Shown one piece after another: positions 28,796 through 38,015 of a DNA stretch of 42,312 nucleotides. Position 1 is the first letter of the stretch. Each line of letters opens with the position of its first letter. The DNA is from Gemmatimonadales bacterium (GTDB lineage Bacteria; Gemmatimonadota; Gemmatimonadetes; Gemmatimonadales; GWC2-71-9), in NCBI GenBank assembly GCA_038321865.1, contig JBBQFH010000029.1:1-42312 (forward strand). Reading direction: 5' to 3'. A program made the translations under genes and the position numbers. The notes beneath the pieces were generated by a model, which worked only from the letters and a program-made list of their open reading frames with translations, searched no databases and was not told where the DNA came from.

Positions 28796-29887
28796 ATGAC
28801 TCACCTGAGCCCGGAGCACCAGCGCACGATGCCCCGCCGTCCGCGGCTGGACCCCGAGATCTTCCACCTTCCCGTCGAGCGGATGCGGGCGGGCTATTAC
28901 AGCGACAAGTATTTCGTGCGGGCCCGCGAAATCCTGGAAGCCGACGGGTATCAGGCGCACGTCACGATGCAGGTATTCGGGAAGCAGCACGCATTCCTCG
29001 GCGGCATCGACGAAGCCATCGCCATTCTCAAGCTCTGCGCCACCGACTGGGCGGGGCTGACCGTGTCCGCGCTGTACGACGGCGACGCCATCGAACCATG
29101 GGAAACGGTGCTGCTCATCGAGGGCCCGTACGACGCCTTCGCCCACCTCGAAACCTTGTACCTCGGCGTGCTCGCCCGGCGGACCCGGGTCGGCACCAAC
29201 ACGCGCCGGGTCGTGGAGGCCGCGTCACCCAAGGAGGTCATGTTCTTCCCCGCTCGGCACGACCACTGGCTGGTCCAGACCGGCGACGGCTATGCCGCGC
29301 ACATCGCCGGCGCCATCGGCGTCTCGACCGACGCCCAGGCGTCCTGGTGGGGCAGTGAAGGGGTGGGCACCGTGCCCCACGCACTGATCGCAGCGTACGA
29401 TGGCAGTACCGTGCTCGCCACCGAAAAGTTCGCCGACTTCATCGATCCGGCGGTCAAGGTGGTGACGCTCGTCGACTTCGACAACGACTGCGTGGGCACT
29501 TCCCTCGAGGTGGCGCGGGCCCTGGGCGACCGGCTGTACGGCGTTCGCCTCGATACGAGCGAGATGCTGGTGGACCGATCGGTGATCCCGCAGATGGGAC
29601 GGACCAAGCCGACGGGCGTGAACCCGCAGCTCGTCTGGAACGTGCGGGATGCGCTCGATCGCAACGGCTATCCTCACGTCAAGATCGTCGTGTCCGGCGG
29701 CTTCAACGTCGAGAAGATCAACCACTTCGAACGCGAGCGCGTGCCGGTGGACGCGTACGGGGTCGGCTCCTCACTGTTCGAGGGCCGATTCGATTTCACC
29801 GCCGATGTCGTGCTCAAGGACGGAAAGCCGTGCGCCAAGGTCGGCCGCGAGTTTCGCCCCAACCCGCGGCTCGAGCGGGTGAGCTGA
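28796..29887 (+). CDS. pncB: Nicotinate phosphoribosyltransferase-like (type II PRTase)
   Basis: YYSDKYF, LETLYLGVL, GTVPHAL, VRLDTS, IVVSGGF, YGVGS. Adjacent to a nicotinamidase. Start may instead be the ATG at 28829. Confidence 0.8.
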   Translation: MTHLSPEHQRTMPRRPRLDPEIFHLPVERMRAGYYSDKYFVRAREILEADGYQAHVTMQVFGKQHAFLGGIDEAIAILKLCATDWAGLTVSALYDGDAIEPWETVLLIEGPYDAFAHLETLYLGVLARRTRVGTNTRRVVEAASPKEVMFFPARHDHWLVQTGDGYAAHIAGAIGVSTDAQASWWGSEGVGTVPHALIAAYDGSTVLATEKFADFIDPAVKVVTLVDFDNDCVGTSLEVARALGDRLYGVRLDTSEMLVDRSVIPQMGRTKPTGVNPQLVWNVRDALDRNGYPHVKIVVSGGFNVEKINHFERERVPVDAYGVGSSLFEGRFDFTADVVLKDGKPCAKVGREFRPNPRLERVS

Positions 29888-29889
29888 CC

Positions 29890-30537
29890 ATGGCACCCGG
29901 ACGCACGATTTTCTGGGACGTGGACACGCAGCACGACTTCATGAACGCCGATGGGAAGCTCTACGTCCCGGGCAGCGAGGAAATCATCCCCACCCTCGCC
30001 CGGCTGACTGCGTATGCCCACGCCCGCGGGATCACGATCGTCGCCAGCGCGGATGACCATGTGTCCGGACATCGCGAGCTGAGCGACTCACCCGACTTCC
30101 GGGAAACCTTTCCGCTCCACTGCATGCGGGGCACGCCGGGGCAGCGGAAGATCGCGGAAACGTCACTGCGCGATCCGCTGGTGATCGAGCCCGATCGCCA
30201 GGATCCGGTCGAGCTCGCCGAAAGGGTGCGCGCGCATCCGGGGGACATTCTTTTTCACAAGCACTGGTTCGACGTCTTCACCAATCCGAACGTGGCCCCG
30301 GCGCTGGACGCCCTCGACCCGGCGCACGTGGTCCTGTACGGCGTGGCCCTGGATGTCTGCGACCGGTATGCGGTGGAGGGGTTGCTGCAGCACTGTCCGG
30401 ACGTCCGCCTGTCACTGGTCACCGACGCCGCACGGGCGATCGACCCGGCCGCAGGCGAGCGCCTGCTGGACCAGTGGCGCGGCCGCGGGGTCGCGATGGT
30501 GTCGTCGGCGGACGTGCTCGAGGGCCGGGTTGTCTAG
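29890..30537 (+). CDS. pncA: Nicotinamidase / isochorismatase-family cysteine hydrolase
   Basis: WDVDTQHDF, ADDH, FPLHC, K, GVALDVC catalytic Cys. Confidence 0.85.
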   Translation: MAPGRTIFWDVDTQHDFMNADGKLYVPGSEEIIPTLARLTAYAHARGITIVASADDHVSGHRELSDSPDFRETFPLHCMRGTPGQRKIAETSLRDPLVIEPDRQDPVELAERVRAHPGDILFHKHWFDVFTNPNVAPALDALDPAHVVLYGVALDVCDRYAVEGLLQHCPDVRLSLVTDAARAIDPAAGERLLDQWRGRGVAMVSSADVLEGRVV

Positions 30538-31615
30538 CCAGGCTCCGGCACCCGGCCGCTACTTCCTTCCCGGCCCGGTCGCGGTACACCCAGAGGTGCT
30601 GGCGGAAATGACGCGGCCGCTGATCTCGCACCGGGGGCCGGAGATGGCCGCGCTCCTCGAGCGGATCCAGCCCTCGCTCCAGCAGGTCTTTCGCACGTCG
30701 CGTCCGGTGATGGTCGCCACGAGCTCGTCCACCGGGCTCATGGAGGCGGCGGTGCTTGCCGGCGTGCAGCAGCGGGTGCTGGTTGTCGTGGGGGGCTTCT
30801 TCGGCGAGCGGTTTGCCCAGGTCGCGGAAGCGTGCGGGAAGGAGGTCGTTCGGGTGATGATTCCCGAGGGCAGCGGCATCGAGGTCAGCCAGCTCGCCCG
30901 CTTCTTCGACGGCCCCGAAGTGGATGCCGTTGCGCTGGTACACTCGGAGACCTCCACCGGCGCGCTGGCGCCGCTGCGCGAGATCGCGACCGAGGTACGC
31001 CGACGCGCCGACGTGATGCTTCTGGTGGATGCGGTGAGCTCGGTCGGCGGACTTCCCGTCGAAACCGACGCGTGGGGTCTGGACTTCGTCTTCACCGGAT
31101 CGCAGAAGGCACTGGCGCTGCCGCCCGGACTCGCCTTCGGGGTCGCGTCGAGACGCCTCATGGAGCGGGCACGGGCGAATGGCGGTCGCGGCTGGTATTT
31201 CGACCTCGTCAAGCTCGAGGCCGCCGCCATCGAGTCCATGCCGACGCAGACGCCGGCGGTCTCGCTCCTCTTCGCGCTCGATCGTCAGCTGGCACGCATC
31301 GAAGCGGCGGGCGGAATCGAGGCGCGGTGGGCCCGCCATGCCCTGATGCGGGAGCGGGTGGAACGGTGGTGCGACGACGGCAGCGGCTATGCGCTCCTCG
31401 CGCCGCCCGGCCGGCGGTCCTGGACGGTTTCCGCACTCCGGCTTCCTCCGGGCCGTGATGCGTACGCACTGGTCGCGCGTCTCGCGGCTCAGGGGTTCAC
31501 CGTGACCACGGGACTCCCGCCGCTCGACAGGGACGTGATCCGCATCGGCCACATGGGTGAGGTGACGCCGGCCGAGCTCGACGTGCTCCTGGCCGCACTA
31601 AGTGACAATGACTAA
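30530..31615 (+). CDS. Class V PLP aminotransferase (alanine-glyoxylate / serine-pyruvate type)
   Basis: TTG start overlapping the upstream gene; FLPGPV, HSETSTG, VDAVSS, GSQKALALPPG, IRIGHMG. Confidence 0.92.
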   Translation: MSSQAPAPGRYFLPGPVAVHPEVLAEMTRPLISHRGPEMAALLERIQPSLQQVFRTSRPVMVATSSSTGLMEAAVLAGVQQRVLVVVGGFFGERFAQVAEACGKEVVRVMIPEGSGIEVSQLARFFDGPEVDAVALVHSETSTGALAPLREIATEVRRRADVMLLVDAVSSVGGLPVETDAWGLDFVFTGSQKALALPPGLAFGVASRRLMERARANGGRGWYFDLVKLEAAAIESMPTQTPAVSLLFALDRQLARIEAAGGIEARWARHALMRERVERWCDDGSGYALLAPPGRRSWTVSALRLPPGRDAYALVARLAAQGFTVTTGLPPLDRDVIRIGHMGEVTPAELDVLLAALSDND

Positions 31616-31625
31616 GTCCCTGATC

Positions 31626-31667
31626 TGTGACCTGTCGCACAGCACCCATTTTCCGGCGCGCTAAGTT
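31626..31667 (+). promoter_or_regulatory. CRP/FNR-like box and -10 element for the candidate sRNA
   Basis: TGTGAcctgtcGCACA (31626-31641, one mismatch to consensus) and TAAGTT (31662-31667). Confidence 0.45.
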
Positions 31668-31672
31668 CAACC

Positions 31673-31850
31673 GCAGTGAACGTGGTGGGCCGGTAACAAG
31701 GCGCGAGACATCCGATCAGCCTCCTGAGCGCCCTGCTCAGAGCCGGATGGTTGCCGGTCAGGCCAGGTTCGCTGCAGGCTCCCCTCACGAACCCCTCGAT
31801 CAAATTTCTCGCCGGGAACGGGCGTTCGCGCCCGTTCCACCCGCCTTTTC
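31673..31850 (+). ncRNA. Candidate structured small RNA, family not recognised
   Basis: Nested helices 31673-81/31767-75, 31688-97/31750-59, 31709-14/31744-49 and 31724-29/31735-40. Wobble pairs work only on the + strand. Lies between convergent genes, with a promoter upstream and a terminator downstream. Confidence 0.55.
31815..31850 (+). terminator. Intrinsic terminator-like hairpin, possibly bidirectional
   Basis: Perfect 10-bp stem GGAACGGGCG-TTCG-CGCCCGTTCC followed by ACCCGCCTTTTC. Confidence 0.7.
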
Positions 31851-31871
31851 TGCCTGCGGCGTGTGAGCAGA

Positions 31872-33647
31872 TCACGCGCGCGGAGTTCGCCGCCAGCGCT
31901 CGGCGCGATCTGACCACAGGACCGCGGCGGCACCGATGAACGCGAGAAACAGCATCAATTGAAATGGCAGCCCCCACCGACGCACTCGGCCGGCGGCAGC
32001 GAACGGTTCGCTGCCGCCGGTGACATGTTCGGTCGCCCGACGGCGGGCTGATGCCTGCACCGAGCGCCACGCACGAGCGGGCCGGACATCGAAGTCCAGG
32101 CTGGCTGAATCGCCGCGGATGCGGTGCCAGCCTGTTCGGCGGGGCCAGTAGGTCCCGTGCCACTCCGAAGACACGATGCGATCCTGCGCGAGATACACCG
32201 AGTCTGTGCTGCCATCCGGATCGACGATGCCGGCCACCACGGCCGTCGACGTTCCGAAGCGGGTGAGCCGAAGCGGTGCACCGACCCGCGCGGGAGCCTC
32301 CGCCACCCAACGCTCCCCGTCGGGCCGGGCCACGCTTCCGATCAGGAGCGACCAGTAGGACGCGAATCGTTCCGGCTCGCCGCCAAGTAGCCAGCGAGAC
32401 GGGGTGGCCGCGAGGGTGACGGCCACCGCACCGGTGCCAAGCGGTCGGCGCGCCGCGGCCACCCCGCCAGCCGAGTCGGTGACGAGGACAGTCGCCGCCT
32501 CTCCGACGCTCAGCGAGAGTGGCGCGAGCGCGATCGGCCGACGGTCGACCTGCCCGTCCCACCCGAGTTGCGTCACGCGCTCAGGCGAGGCGCGGAGCCC
32601 GAACCCGGCGAGGAGCCGGTCGCCCCGATCGGGCACGGCATCCAGCCGCACGATGAGTCCGAGCCCTCTCGCGCGGACCGCCAGCGTCAGCGCGGAGCGC
32701 TCGCTCGTGCCCAGTCCAGCGAGCGAGCGGCCATCGAGCAGTACCGCGTCGTAGCGGGAGAGTGCGGCGGAGTCGATCCGCCCAAGCTCGCCGACCGGGC
32801 GGTTCACGTTCGTCGTCCGGTAACGCGCGCGGCTGATTTCGGTTCGCACGGTGAGCTGGCCGCCGGCCGCGGCCATCCAGTCCTTGAGATACCGTGTTTC
32901 GAAGGTGGGCGCGCCGTCGACTACCAGGAGTCGCGGAAGCGCACGCCGCACGACGGAGACCCCCATGGTCTCGGCGGAAATTCCGCCGGCGCCGAAGATC
33001 CGGATCACGTAGTGCAGGCGTGCGGCGGTTTTCGGAACGGTGCCCAGGCTGAAGGTCGAATCCGGCGCGACGCGTGCCGAGTCGGCCGGTCCGGCCGGGT
33101 CGTCGAGCCTGACGCGCGTGCCCGGCGCGATGCCGGTCGTCGTGCCCCGTAGGGCGAACCTGCTGCCGGCCGCCACGCTCGGGGCCCAACGCACCGTGCC
33201 GATGCCAGGGGGAAGCGCTGCCGCGACAAAGCGCGCAGGCACTCCCCGCAGCGCGTCCATCTCCCCCTCACGGAGGCCCCAGCCGACGATGATGGCCGCT
33301 CTCGTGGCCGGATAGTGGCGCAACACGAACGCGATATCCGGTACCGCGCTCGCGCTGGCCCCGAAGCGGCTGGTCTCCTGCTCGTCCAGCACGTAGACCG
33401 ACCCGCGTGCGGAATCGGCGAGGTGCCGCACGAGAGCCGGGTCGGCGCCCTCGGTGGCGATCACGGCGACGGCGCGCTCCGGGTGCGTCACCGGGCGCTC
33501 CGAGGCCAGAAGCGCAAGTGACGCAACCGCGATCACCGACGCCGCGATGCGGCGGCCGACGTGCCGGCGGTCGAGGCGGCGCCACTCCAGCCAGATGAGG
33601 CCCAGCGCCGCGATCCCGGCGGCCGCTCCCACCAGCGGAAGCGTCAT
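31872..33647 (-). CDS. Membrane-anchored hypothetical protein of the MoxR cluster (Ig-like plus GATase-like region)
   Basis: ATG at 33647 overlaps the upstream stop (ATGA). Two N-terminal TMs, LLVVDGAPTFETRYLKDW, C-terminal TM. Confidence 0.75.
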   Translation of the reverse strand: MTLPLVGAAAGIAALGLIWLEWRRLDRRHVGRRIAASVIAVASLALLASERPVTHPERAVAVIATEGADPALVRHLADSARGSVYVLDEQETSRFGASASAVPDIAFVLRHYPATRAAIIVGWGLREGEMDALRGVPARFVAAALPPGIGTVRWAPSVAAGSRFALRGTTTGIAPGTRVRLDDPAGPADSARVAPDSTFSLGTVPKTAARLHYVIRIFGAGGISAETMGVSVVRRALPRLLVVDGAPTFETRYLKDWMAAAGGQLTVRTEISRARYRTTNVNRPVGELGRIDSAALSRYDAVLLDGRSLAGLGTSERSALTLAVRARGLGLIVRLDAVPDRGDRLLAGFGLRASPERVTQLGWDGQVDRRPIALAPLSLSVGEAATVLVTDSAGGVAAARRPLGTGAVAVTLAATPSRWLLGGEPERFASYWSLLIGSVARPDGERWVAEAPARVGAPLRLTRFGTSTAVVAGIVDPDGSTDSVYLAQDRIVSSEWHGTYWPRRTGWHRIRGDSASLDFDVRPARAWRSVQASARRRATEHVTGGSEPFAAAGRVRRWGLPFQLMLFLAFIGAAAVLWSDRAERWRRTPRA

Positions 33648-35698
33648 CGCGATTCCAGGTGCTCGAAGTAGCGCTGGGTGAGGGGGGCGACACCTGGCAG
33701 CACACGGCTTGGCAGCGGAGCGGCGCCAGGCAATGCCCGAAGCAGACCCCTGAGCGCTTCCGATGCGCAGCGCACGCACGTCGCTCCCGCCCGGGCGCTG
33801 TCCGCCACCGCGCGCAGCGCCCGCATCGTCACGAGCTGGTCGGGCTGCACCGCCGCCAGTGGTGCCAGCTCGACCTCCGCCTGCTCCAGGGCCCGTACGT
33901 CCGCCGCGCCGATGGCAACGCCGGGGGCGAGCGTGCCGAGCACGCCCACCGCCACGCGCACCGCCGGCAGGGCCGGCAGCACCGCCAGAGTGTCCCGGTC
34001 TGCGCGGCTCGCGATCGCATCGAGCTTTCCGGTGAGGCGGGTTCGCAACGGATCGAGCGGCGGCGGCTCGAACCCGACCTTCTGCACGTACACCCGCGCG
34101 CTCTGCTGGGCCTGCTTCAGCAGGTCCAGCGCCCGGTACTCGTACGGCAACGCCTCGGCGGGGCGGTAGGTGCGGAGCCGCAGCTCGGCCGCCCACATCT
34201 GCTCGAGCGCGCCCTTGAGCTTGGCCTTCACCGTCGCGGCGAGCAGGGTCGAGTTCTCCGGCGTATCGTGCTGGTGCGCCGTCGTCGCGTCGTCACCGGT
34301 CTCGGTCTCGTCACCGACGAACTGCCCGTAGCGTGCGCGGAGCAGCCCCTGGTCGAGGCCGATATCGTTCGACCGGTTCCGAAACGACTCAAGGGTGATG
34401 CGCGGCCGGTCGGCCAGCAACTTTTCGGTATCGATGATGATCTGGCGCTCACTGCGGAAATACTCGGGCTGGAGCCGAAGTGCGATGCCGGCGATCGTTG
34501 CCGTCGCGATGCGCGCGGTGTCGAGGATGCTGAGAAAGACGGTTTCCGACCGTGCGACGTTCGGCTGGGGCGTGCGCCGGTCGCTCACTTCGGCATGGAA
34601 GTACAGCTCGTCACCCGGCTTGAGGCCGAGCGCCGCGAGATCCAGCGTGGCGCGCAGCGTGACGCCGTGCGGCAATGTCGAGTGCGGCCCACCCGCAACG
34701 AGCGCGAACGTGCGCTCGCGAAACCTGACCGCCTCACCCTCGCCGGACGTGAGCGTTGCCACCAGGCGCGCGGCCCCCAGCCCGTAGTCGTCCCCGGCGA
34801 CGGCTTCGACCGATACCCTGAGTGCGCTCCCGGGTGCCAGCTCGGTCCGGCCACGCGGAGCCGTGATGGCGATGGTCGGCGCCGCGTCCGGCTCCACCGC
34901 GAGGCGGTGGAAGTCCGACACCACGTGCCGCCCGCCTCGTTCGGCGATCACCTGATACAGGACGGACGTCCGCGCGTGAATGGTGCCGCTCCGGATCGGT
35001 CCGCTGGCCTCGAGCCGCACCGTGTCGTCGGTCGTCGTCACCAGCCACGCGGAGTCGGCCTCGACGCCGATGCGCCAGACGACGTCGGCGCCTTCCGGTG
35101 CGGCGATGTCCCACGCGCGCTGGTCGCGCGCCGGCAGTCCGGTGTAGGGCGGCGGCGTCACGCGCACATCGACGCCGCCGATCAGCGCTCCCGCTGCCGG
35201 CGGCGCGACGGCGCGCACCGGCGTATCGCGCGCCGGCACGCCCCGGGGAATGAGCAGCAGCAGCGCACCCGCCAGCGCCGCGATGACGCCCCCGGCCATC
35301 GCTCGGCGCGACGCGCGGTCGGGCGGCGCGTCCAGTGCGCCCACTCGGTCGAACGCGGCCGCGACTCTCCGGCGCTCCAGCGCCGCCACCAGGGGCAGCG
35401 ACCCGGCCTCGGCGAGCAGCAGCTCGGTGCTCTCCTCGAGCTCGAGGATCGTCCGGTCGAGATGCCGCGCCACGTGGACCGCGGCGACCGGGTGGCGCCG
35501 CGCGCGATCCCACGCCCAGACCAGCAGCGCGGCGAAGGCGAGCATCGCGGCCGCGGCCGCAAGCGTCGCAGACCCGCCGAGCGCGCCGGTGAGTCCGGCC
35601 GCCAGGAGCGCCGCCCCGACCGCGAGCGCGAGCGCTGACGCCCGCCGGCGACCGCGATACCGGCCTGCCATCCGCTCGAGCGCCTGCGCGTGCGTCAC
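33644..35698 (-). CDS. Membrane protein, DUF4175-like (TM segments, Ig-like domains, helical C-terminus)
   Basis: GTG at 35698 (GTGA overlap). LEESTELL, VTPPPYTGLP, DDYGL, LKPGDELYF, YFRSERQIIIDTEKL. Confidence 0.8.
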   Translation of the reverse strand: MTHAQALERMAGRYRGRRRASALALAVGAALLAAGLTGALGGSATLAAAAAMLAFAALLVWAWDRARRHPVAAVHVARHLDRTILELEESTELLLAEAGSLPLVAALERRRVAAAFDRVGALDAPPDRASRRAMAGGVIAALAGALLLLIPRGVPARDTPVRAVAPPAAGALIGGVDVRVTPPPYTGLPARDQRAWDIAAPEGADVVWRIGVEADSAWLVTTTDDTVRLEASGPIRSGTIHARTSVLYQVIAERGGRHVVSDFHRLAVEPDAAPTIAITAPRGRTELAPGSALRVSVEAVAGDDYGLGAARLVATLTSGEGEAVRFRERTFALVAGGPHSTLPHGVTLRATLDLAALGLKPGDELYFHAEVSDRRTPQPNVARSETVFLSILDTARIATATIAGIALRLQPEYFRSERQIIIDTEKLLADRPRITLESFRNRSNDIGLDQGLLRARYGQFVGDETETGDDATTAHQHDTPENSTLLAATVKAKLKGALEQMWAAELRLRTYRPAEALPYEYRALDLLKQAQQSARVYVQKVGFEPPPLDPLRTRLTGKLDAIASRADRDTLAVLPALPAVRVAVGVLGTLAPGVAIGAADVRALEQAEVELAPLAAVQPDQLVTMRALRAVADSARAGATCVRCASEALRGLLRALPGAAPLPSRVLPGVAPLTQRYFEHLESR

Positions 35699-37107
35699 GG
35701 CCGCGGCCGATGCACGGTCCACCGCTCGGCCAGGAACAGGATCCCCGCGGCGAGCAGGAGCAGACTGCGCAGGGGAAGGGCTCCCGCCACGCCGGTCCGG
35801 CGCGGGCCGGATGGCGTCGGCCGAATCTGGCCAGGAGCCACGCTCCGTGGATCGAATCGGGGTGGCCCATCGAGGCCGATCATCGGCGCGGCCCAGAGCC
35901 GCGCGAGCAGCTCGGGAAAGGCCGATTGCCGGACCAGGTCGCTCCATCGCGGATTCAGGCGTCCGCGCACCGTCAGAACTCGCGCCGCCCCTTCCACGGC
36001 CTCGCCGAGCAAGGGCCGGCCGAAGGCGTCGGTGAGGGGCGCTTCGGCGATGGCGATGTCGCCTGGCGGCGGGGAGGGGCCGCCCGATTCCGTGAGCACC
36101 GTGGAGCCGGCGCCGCCCGGCGGCGGCGGGCTCGAGTCGAGCCATGCAAGCCAGGCGCCCGGCGCGCCGGTTTGTCCGCTGGCCGGCGGCGCTGCAGCGG
36201 TGTCGACCGATGTGCGGAGTCCGTAGAATTCGGACACTGCCGCCACTGCGGCACTCAGGTAGTGCCGGTCTGCCAGCCGGTTTGCCGCGGCCGCGATGGT
36301 GAACCGGACCGGCGCCGGCTGGAGGAGGCGAATGGTGTCGACGCCGAGCCCCGCCCAGCGGCGGTCGCCGGCGCCCCCGACCGAGAGGCCGGAACGTCCG
36401 GCGGCGGAAATGTCACCGGCGGTCGGGAGCGTCAGCGAGGGAGAGCGGAGCCCACCCCGTGTGGCGGCGCCGAGGGCCACCGTTGCCGAGTCGGGACCGG
36501 CCCACCCGCTCTCGAGCCAGGTGCTGTCGCGCTGTGCCCCGCCCACGAGGCGGACCTCCACCGGAGCGCCCAGAGCCGGACGGTCGCCCCGGAAGCTGGC
36601 TACTCTGGGGCGAAGCACGACCATGATCGACGAGCCCGGCGGCAGGCGGTGGTCGGCATCCCGCAACAGCGACCAGGCATCAGGTGGAATGGGACGCTCG
36701 GCCGCCGTCTGGATACCGAGCGTCGTCGGCTCGAAGCCCGGCGATAGTGACCGGACCGCCGTGCCCGCGTGGCGAAGCGAATCGAGCAGCGGGTCGTCGG
36801 CGAGGAGCCGGGAATCGGCCAGGACATCGGGCGCGATGAGCACCCAGTACTCGGCCCGGGGGGAGGAATGACGGAACAGCGGCCCGGCCAGCGCCAGGGC
36901 AATCGCCGCGACGATGCCGCAGCGGAGGAGGAGGCGCCACGGATCGTGCAGCTGGAGCCGCCGGGCGCGGGGAGTGGCCGTCCCCACGATGTGGCGGAGG
37001 CTGCCGACCCGGATACGGCGCCCGATCCGCCGGCGCCGGAGGTGGATCACGAGCGGCACGACCAGTGCCCCCAGCGCGGCCAGCCACAGCGGCGAGAGCC
37101 AGATCAC
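35695..37107 (-). CDS. BatA-domain membrane protein
   Basis: N-terminal double-TM BatA motif PLWLAALGALVVPLVIHL...GSL...LLLRC...LALAGP; C-terminal TM ending LAERW. Confidence 0.88.
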   Translation of the reverse strand: MIWLSPLWLAALGALVVPLVIHLRRRRIGRRIRVGSLRHIVGTATPRARRLQLHDPWRLLLRCGIVAAIALALAGPLFRHSSPRAEYWVLIAPDVLADSRLLADDPLLDSLRHAGTAVRSLSPGFEPTTLGIQTAAERPIPPDAWSLLRDADHRLPPGSSIMVVLRPRVASFRGDRPALGAPVEVRLVGGAQRDSTWLESGWAGPDSATVALGAATRGGLRSPSLTLPTAGDISAAGRSGLSVGGAGDRRWAGLGVDTIRLLQPAPVRFTIAAAANRLADRHYLSAAVAAVSEFYGLRTSVDTAAAPPASGQTGAPGAWLAWLDSSPPPPGGAGSTVLTESGGPSPPPGDIAIAEAPLTDAFGRPLLGEAVEGAARVLTVRGRLNPRWSDLVRQSAFPELLARLWAAPMIGLDGPPRFDPRSVAPGQIRPTPSGPRRTGVAGALPLRSLLLLAAGILFLAERWTVHRPRP

Positions 37108-37109
37108 GA

Positions 37110-38015
37110 TCAGCGCATGCCGGCGGCGCGGCGGCGCGCGGCCAGAAAGACCCGGAGCGCCGCGTCGAGCGGCTGGTCGAGGAGGAAGCGCTCGTATTCG
37201 ATGCCGCGCTCCTGCAGCTGCACGCGGAGCGCCGCATGGTCGCGCGCCAGTGCCTCGACGTATGCAGCCCGCTCCCGCCCCGGCTCGACCTCGAGGACGC
37301 GACCGGTCTCCAGCTCCTCGAGCTCGACCGCCCCGCCGTAATCCAGTTCGAGCTCCGCGCGTCCGAGGATGTGCATCACGATCAACTCATGCCGCATGGC
37401 GGCCAGCTTGGTGGCGGCCTCCCGGATCTCGTCTCCGCGCTCGTGGAGGTCGGTGAGGATGACCGTGATGCCGCGGCCGCCGCCGACGGCCAGCGCGCGC
37501 TCGACCCGATCCCAGGCCGGCCAGGCCCCGTCCGGTTCCATGGACTCCAGCTGGTGCATGACGCGGTGCAGGTGGGCCTGCCCCCGGCCCGGGCGGATCG
37601 CCTGCAGGGCGCCGTCGTTCAGGGCGTACAGGCCGACTGCATCACCCTGGCGGATGGCGAGCAGCGCAAGCGCCGCGGCGACGAACCGCGCGTAATCGAG
37701 CTTGGACACCCCTTCAAGCTGGGCCATGGAGGCACTGGCATCGAGCACGAGACGCAGCGTCAGGCTGGTCTCGATCTCCGACTCGCGCACGAAATAGCGG
37801 TCGGAACGTCCGTAGAGCTTCCAGTCGACCCGGCGGAGGTCGTCGCCAGCCTGATAACTCCGGTACTGGCTGAACTCGAGGCCGGCGCCCGGCATCCGGC
37901 TCGGATGGGCTCCATACATGAAGCCGTCCACGACCGTGCGGGCCACCAGCGAGAGATCACCGATGGCCGCCAGGGTGGCGGGGTGAATGAATCGATAGTT
38001 GGTGGCGGGCATCAC
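37110..38015 (-). CDS. DUF58 / vWA-domain protein
   Basis: GAGLEFSQYRSYQAGDDLRRVDWK, MIDAS-like LDASASM, ILTD. Confidence 0.93.
   Translation of the reverse strand: MMPATNYRFIHPATLAAIGDLSLVARTVVDGFMYGAHPSRMPGAGLEFSQYRSYQAGDDLRRVDWKLYGRSDRYFVRESEIETSLTLRLVLDASASMAQLEGVSKLDYARFVAAALALLAIRQGDAVGLYALNDGALQAIRPGRGQAHLHRVMHQLESMEPDGAWPAWDRVERALAVGGGRGITVILTDLHERGDEIREAATKLAAMRHELIVMHILGRAELELDYGGAVELEELETGRVLEVEPGRERAAYVEALARDHAALRVQLQERGIEYERFLLDQPLDAALRVFLAARRRAAGMR

Noticed and set aside
31673..31850. Riboswitch (SAM-I-like CGGCAACC on the minus strand) or SRP RNA
   Set aside because: No gene starts downstream on either strand, and the SAM-I core and SRP helix-8 motifs are absent.
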